Assembly: GCF_036971445.1 (NCBI RefSeq)
Contig: NC_091476.1
Span: forward strand, 29,388,001-29,452,000
Length of the DNA: 64,000 nucleotides
Direction of reading: 5' to 3'
Source of the DNA: Narcine bancroftii
Taxonomy: Eukaryota
Shown here piece by piece: positions 60,395 to 64,000 of the stretch (position 1 is its first letter; each line of letters starts with the position of its first letter). The position numbers were made by a program, and so were the translations under genes. Below the pieces are notes generated by a model. It was not told where the DNA came from. It made no database searches and saw only the letters and a program-made list of their open reading frames with translations.

Positions 60395-61700
60395 AGCCAT
60401 AAAGCATTACAGCACACACACAAGCCTCATCGGCCCTTCTAGTCTGTTCCAAACTATTTTTTTTTGCCTAGTCCCACTGACCTGCACCCAGTTCACATCC
60501 CTCCATACCTCTCCCATCCATTTTCCTGTCCAAATTCCTCTTAAATGTTAAAATTGAGCCCACATTCACCACTTCAGCTGGAAACTCATTCCACACTCCC
60601 CACCACTCTCTGTGTGAAGATGTTCTCCCTCATATTCCCCCTAAATGTTTTCCCTTTCATTCTTGACCCATGTACCTGTGGGAAAAAAAACCTATCTACA
60701 TTTACTCTGTCTATCCCCCACATAATTTTAAATACCTCTATCAAACCTACCCTCATTCTTCAATGCTCCAAGGGAATATGGTCCTAACCTGTTTAACCAT
60801 TCCCTGCATCTCAGTTCCTGAAGTCCAGACAACATCCTAGTAAATCTCTGCACTCTTTCTATCTTATTAATATCTTTTCTGCAGTTAGGTGGCCAAAATT
60901 GTACACAATACTCCAAATTTGGCCTCACCAATTTATTATATAACTTTAACATAACATCCTAACTCCTGTACTCAATACTTTGATTTATGAATCCCAATAT
61001 GCTAAAGCTCTCTTTACAACTCTATCCACCTGTGACATCACTTTCAGGGAATTAGTATCTCTATTCCCAGATCCCTCTGTTCTATCACTCTCCTCAGTGT
61101 CCTTTTGTAGTTTGTCCTTCAAACATGCAACAACTCACACTTGCCTGCATTAAATTCCATCTGCCATTTTTCAGCTCATTTTTCCAGCTGGTCCAGATCC
61201 CTTTGCAAGTTTTGAAAATTGTCTTCGCTGTCCACAATGCCTCCAATCTTAATGCCATCTGCAAATTTACAACATTCTCATCCAGATCATTGATATAGTT
61301 GACAAACAGCAATGGTCCCAGCATTGTTCCCTGAGGCACACCACTTGTCACAGGTCTCCAGTTTGAGAAGCAATCATCCACCACTACTCTCTGACTTCTC
61401 CTGTCCAGCCATTGTACAATCCAGTTCACAACTTCATCATGAATGCCTAACGTCTGAACCTTCCTGACTAGCTTCCCATACGGGATCTTGTCAAAGGCCT
61501 TTCTAAAGTCCATGTAGACAACAACCACAGCTTTTCCTTCATCAACATTCCCGATAACCTACTTGGAAAAGTCTATGATTGGTTAAACATGACTTACCAC
61601 ACACAAAGCCATGTTAATTATCCCTAATCAGTCCATGGCTATCCAAATAATTGTATATCCAATTTCTAAGAATTCCTTCCAATAATTTACCTACCATTGA
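60395..61700 (-). mobile_element. CR1 LINE RT and 3' UTR
   Basis: [43 protein letters not shown]. Confidence 0.92.
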
Positions 61701-61809
61701 CATAAATTATGTTCTCTTTGTATGTAAAGATGGGTACTAATTGATCCAATTTTTAGTCTTGGGTGTCTGCTTAATTTTTAGATGTGGCCTCATATTTTGT
61801 CTGCCCAAA

Positions 61810-62260
61810 ATACACTTTATTCACAATAAATTATTTACAAAACAATAAAACCATTCAAGACTTTTTGCATTCATAGTGTTAGTCACATTCTCATCATTAT
61901 ACATTTTAATTTTTCTCTCAAAATACATTGTAACCACCACTGTGGCACCTTGTCATTTCTACATTTTGTCATAGACATACGTTGTCTAGAAAAAAAAATT
62001 AAAAACAAAAGGTTTAAGTCTTTTTACACATTTAATGTCAGTCATATCTATACTGAAAATTCTCATCAATATACCTTGTTACATTGTTACATTTTTTCCT
62101 TCAATACCTTGTTCCCACAATTGTGACACCTTGTTGTTTCTCTCCACAGACTCAATTTTTGGTGGACCTTTGTGATCCACTCTTTGGCCCTTCCAAACCA
62201 AGTTCCCAGCACCTTCAGGCAATCAGATCTGACTATGAAGGGGATAGTGGATCTGTCAGG
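61810..62260 (-). mobile_element. Tx1/L1-clade fragment
   Basis: Minus-strand PFIVRSDCLKVLGTWFG at about 62185-62243. Confidence 0.55.
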
Positions 62261-62265
62261 CCCTC

Positions 62266-62394
62266 TGATATGACTTAGACCAGCATCAATAGAAATTCAC
62301 CAACAATGGTATCTTCAAAACAATAATTTTTATTAATAACTATTAATAATATAAAATCTTACTTAAACTCTAAACTTAACCCCTCCATGCACAA

Positions 62395-62437
<43 letters not shown>

Positions 62438-63219
62438 AAATTTCAAACCATTACAATTCAGGCATGATTCTGAAAAATCCATTTCAAAGTTAAATCTTGT
62501 AAATATTTTGTGTTGAAACTCAGAATATTTAAACTGTTGTTCAAAAGTAGTTATGGAGTAGCTGAGGCCCCAAATCATCAGATTTCTTAAAACTCATAAA
62601 TTCTTCTAGAGTTGCATTTAGTTTCAGTTTCTTCATATGAATGGGATTATGGAACTTACGATTTACACGATGATTTCACAAACCCAGGTTTTAGATGAAA
62701 TGACCATTACAATGGCCACAGTAGCCCTGCTCTCTTTTAATAAGGAAAGAGAGTTGAAGTGGCCAACTTTTCTTAAGCCACTTTGAATCTATGTTCCTCC
62801 CTTGACAAGGAGAATATTATAGTAGTCCTTTCTCACAGAATATTACTGCATTTCTGATTTCACATGAAACTTGTTAATCATATTAAAGATGTTTTATTGA
62901 AGGGTTATAATTACATGACATCACTACTGGTTCTGTTTGAAGTTTCATTTCTCCAGAAAACATTTCTTGAAGCAAATGGCTTTCTGTTTGACTGGATGTC
63001 TTTCTGAGTAAACATTCATTTTCATCAGTATTTCTATGGAACAATCAACTCTAGTTTTATTCCTCTGTTTACAGATGGACATAGCAGATTCAGTGTCTCT
63101 GAAATGATATTCTCTGTGTATAAATGTCCTTGTGTGTGTTTTTGTTTCAAACCCACAAGGTACCTCTAAAATATAATGTATTATAACTTAAAGATTAATA
63201 ATAGCATATTTCTGTAACA
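62266..63219 (-). mobile_element. Solo LTR, same family as 13897-14769, with a (CA)n tract
   Basis: Minus strand begins TGTTACAGAAATATGCTATTATTAATCTTTA and ends GGTCTAAGTCATATCA, matching both ends of the 13897 LTR. (TG)n at 62396-62435. TSD not clear. Confidence 0.8.
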
Positions 63220-63221
63220 AT

Positions 63222-63383
63222 CCCATCTGCACTAATTAACCTACAATTCCCTACAACTCATGTACATTTTTTTGAAAGGTAGGAAGAGAACATACAAACT
63301 CCCACAGACAGCATGTGATTCAAATCTGGGTCGCTGTTGCTGTAATAGCATTGTGTTAACCACTATGTTAACGCTGCCGCCCT
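63222..63383 (-). mobile_element. V-SINE (partial)
   Basis: GAGAACATACAAACTCCCACAGACAGC...GCTGTAATAGCATTGTGTTAACCACTA. Confidence 0.7.
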
Positions 63384-64000
63384 ATGTTTGGATTGTATTC
63401 AAATGATGAAAGGATACTTAAGCTTCAAGCCTCATTGGAAAGATGCAAGATAATCTTAAATATTGAAATTTCCCCAAAATATTAGTGATAATTAATTAAA
63501 ACTGAAAACAAAATAAAATTACTTTTGCAATGCAAAATTTCAACCGTGGTTTTTAGGGCGGCAATGGATTATATATTCACTCTTGAATTAAATACTGCAC
63601 ATAGTTATAATTCCCATTTCATCTTGGCATCATAAATTGCAGTTTTATACCCCAACAAACCTCAGTTCAATCAGTTTCACCAACAGTTCAGATTTCTAGC
63701 CACTGCACTTCACCAGCAGTACATTGATTACAATATTATCTGAAAATCTACCTAGTTAGCAAGTCATTTACAAAGGTTTTGAAAATAATTTATAATGCAA
63801 TCTCTGAAAATTTGTATTTTACAAAGAGATCATGATCTATGATTGCAAAATGTTTAACTCTGAAAAAAATAAAAATAGGATGGAATCCATGATGTATTTT
63901 GATAATATGAATTATTAATCTCATCAGTAACTCATGGCTTATTCAAATCACTAAAATGAGTAAACTACTTATTTTGGTACAGAGAGAAATTTTTATTTGG

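Overview
This is non-coding, repeat-dominated vertebrate genomic DNA. It is most likely from a cartilaginous fish (inferred from abundant CR1/HER1-like LINEs, HE1-like V-SINEs, Rex1/Babar, RTE and Penelope relics). I can support no host protein-coding exon, RNA gene or CRISPR array; every recognisable ORF is transposon-derived and disrupted or truncated. Main elements: a 5'-truncated CR1 (787-3405); two degenerate Gypsy LTR retrotransposons with target-site duplications (TSDs) at 3693-8471 (+) and 47742-50731 (-); three solo LTRs; an L1 3' end with a 12-bp TSD; several Rex1/Babar copies; a young RTE 3' end; Tc1, Tigger and hAT DNA-transposon relics; Penelope fragments; about 8 V-SINEs; tandem repeats. 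The most notable observations are: (1) a 160-bp exact copy of the neighbouring Gypsy RT pasted into the CR1, with an 8-bp duplication and 2-bp microhomologies; (2) a fold-back inverted LTR segment replacing PBS/gag in the second Gypsy; (3) a homogeneous 8x53-bp higher-order minisatellite in only one LTR; (4) fossil hammerhead-ribozyme cores in Penelope terminal repeats; (5) a structured RTE head-plus-tail SINE-like element; (6) a candidate non-coding exon and repeat-free blocks that may be regulatory. Boundaries of old, degraded repeats are approximate, and family names come from motif recognition, not database searches.
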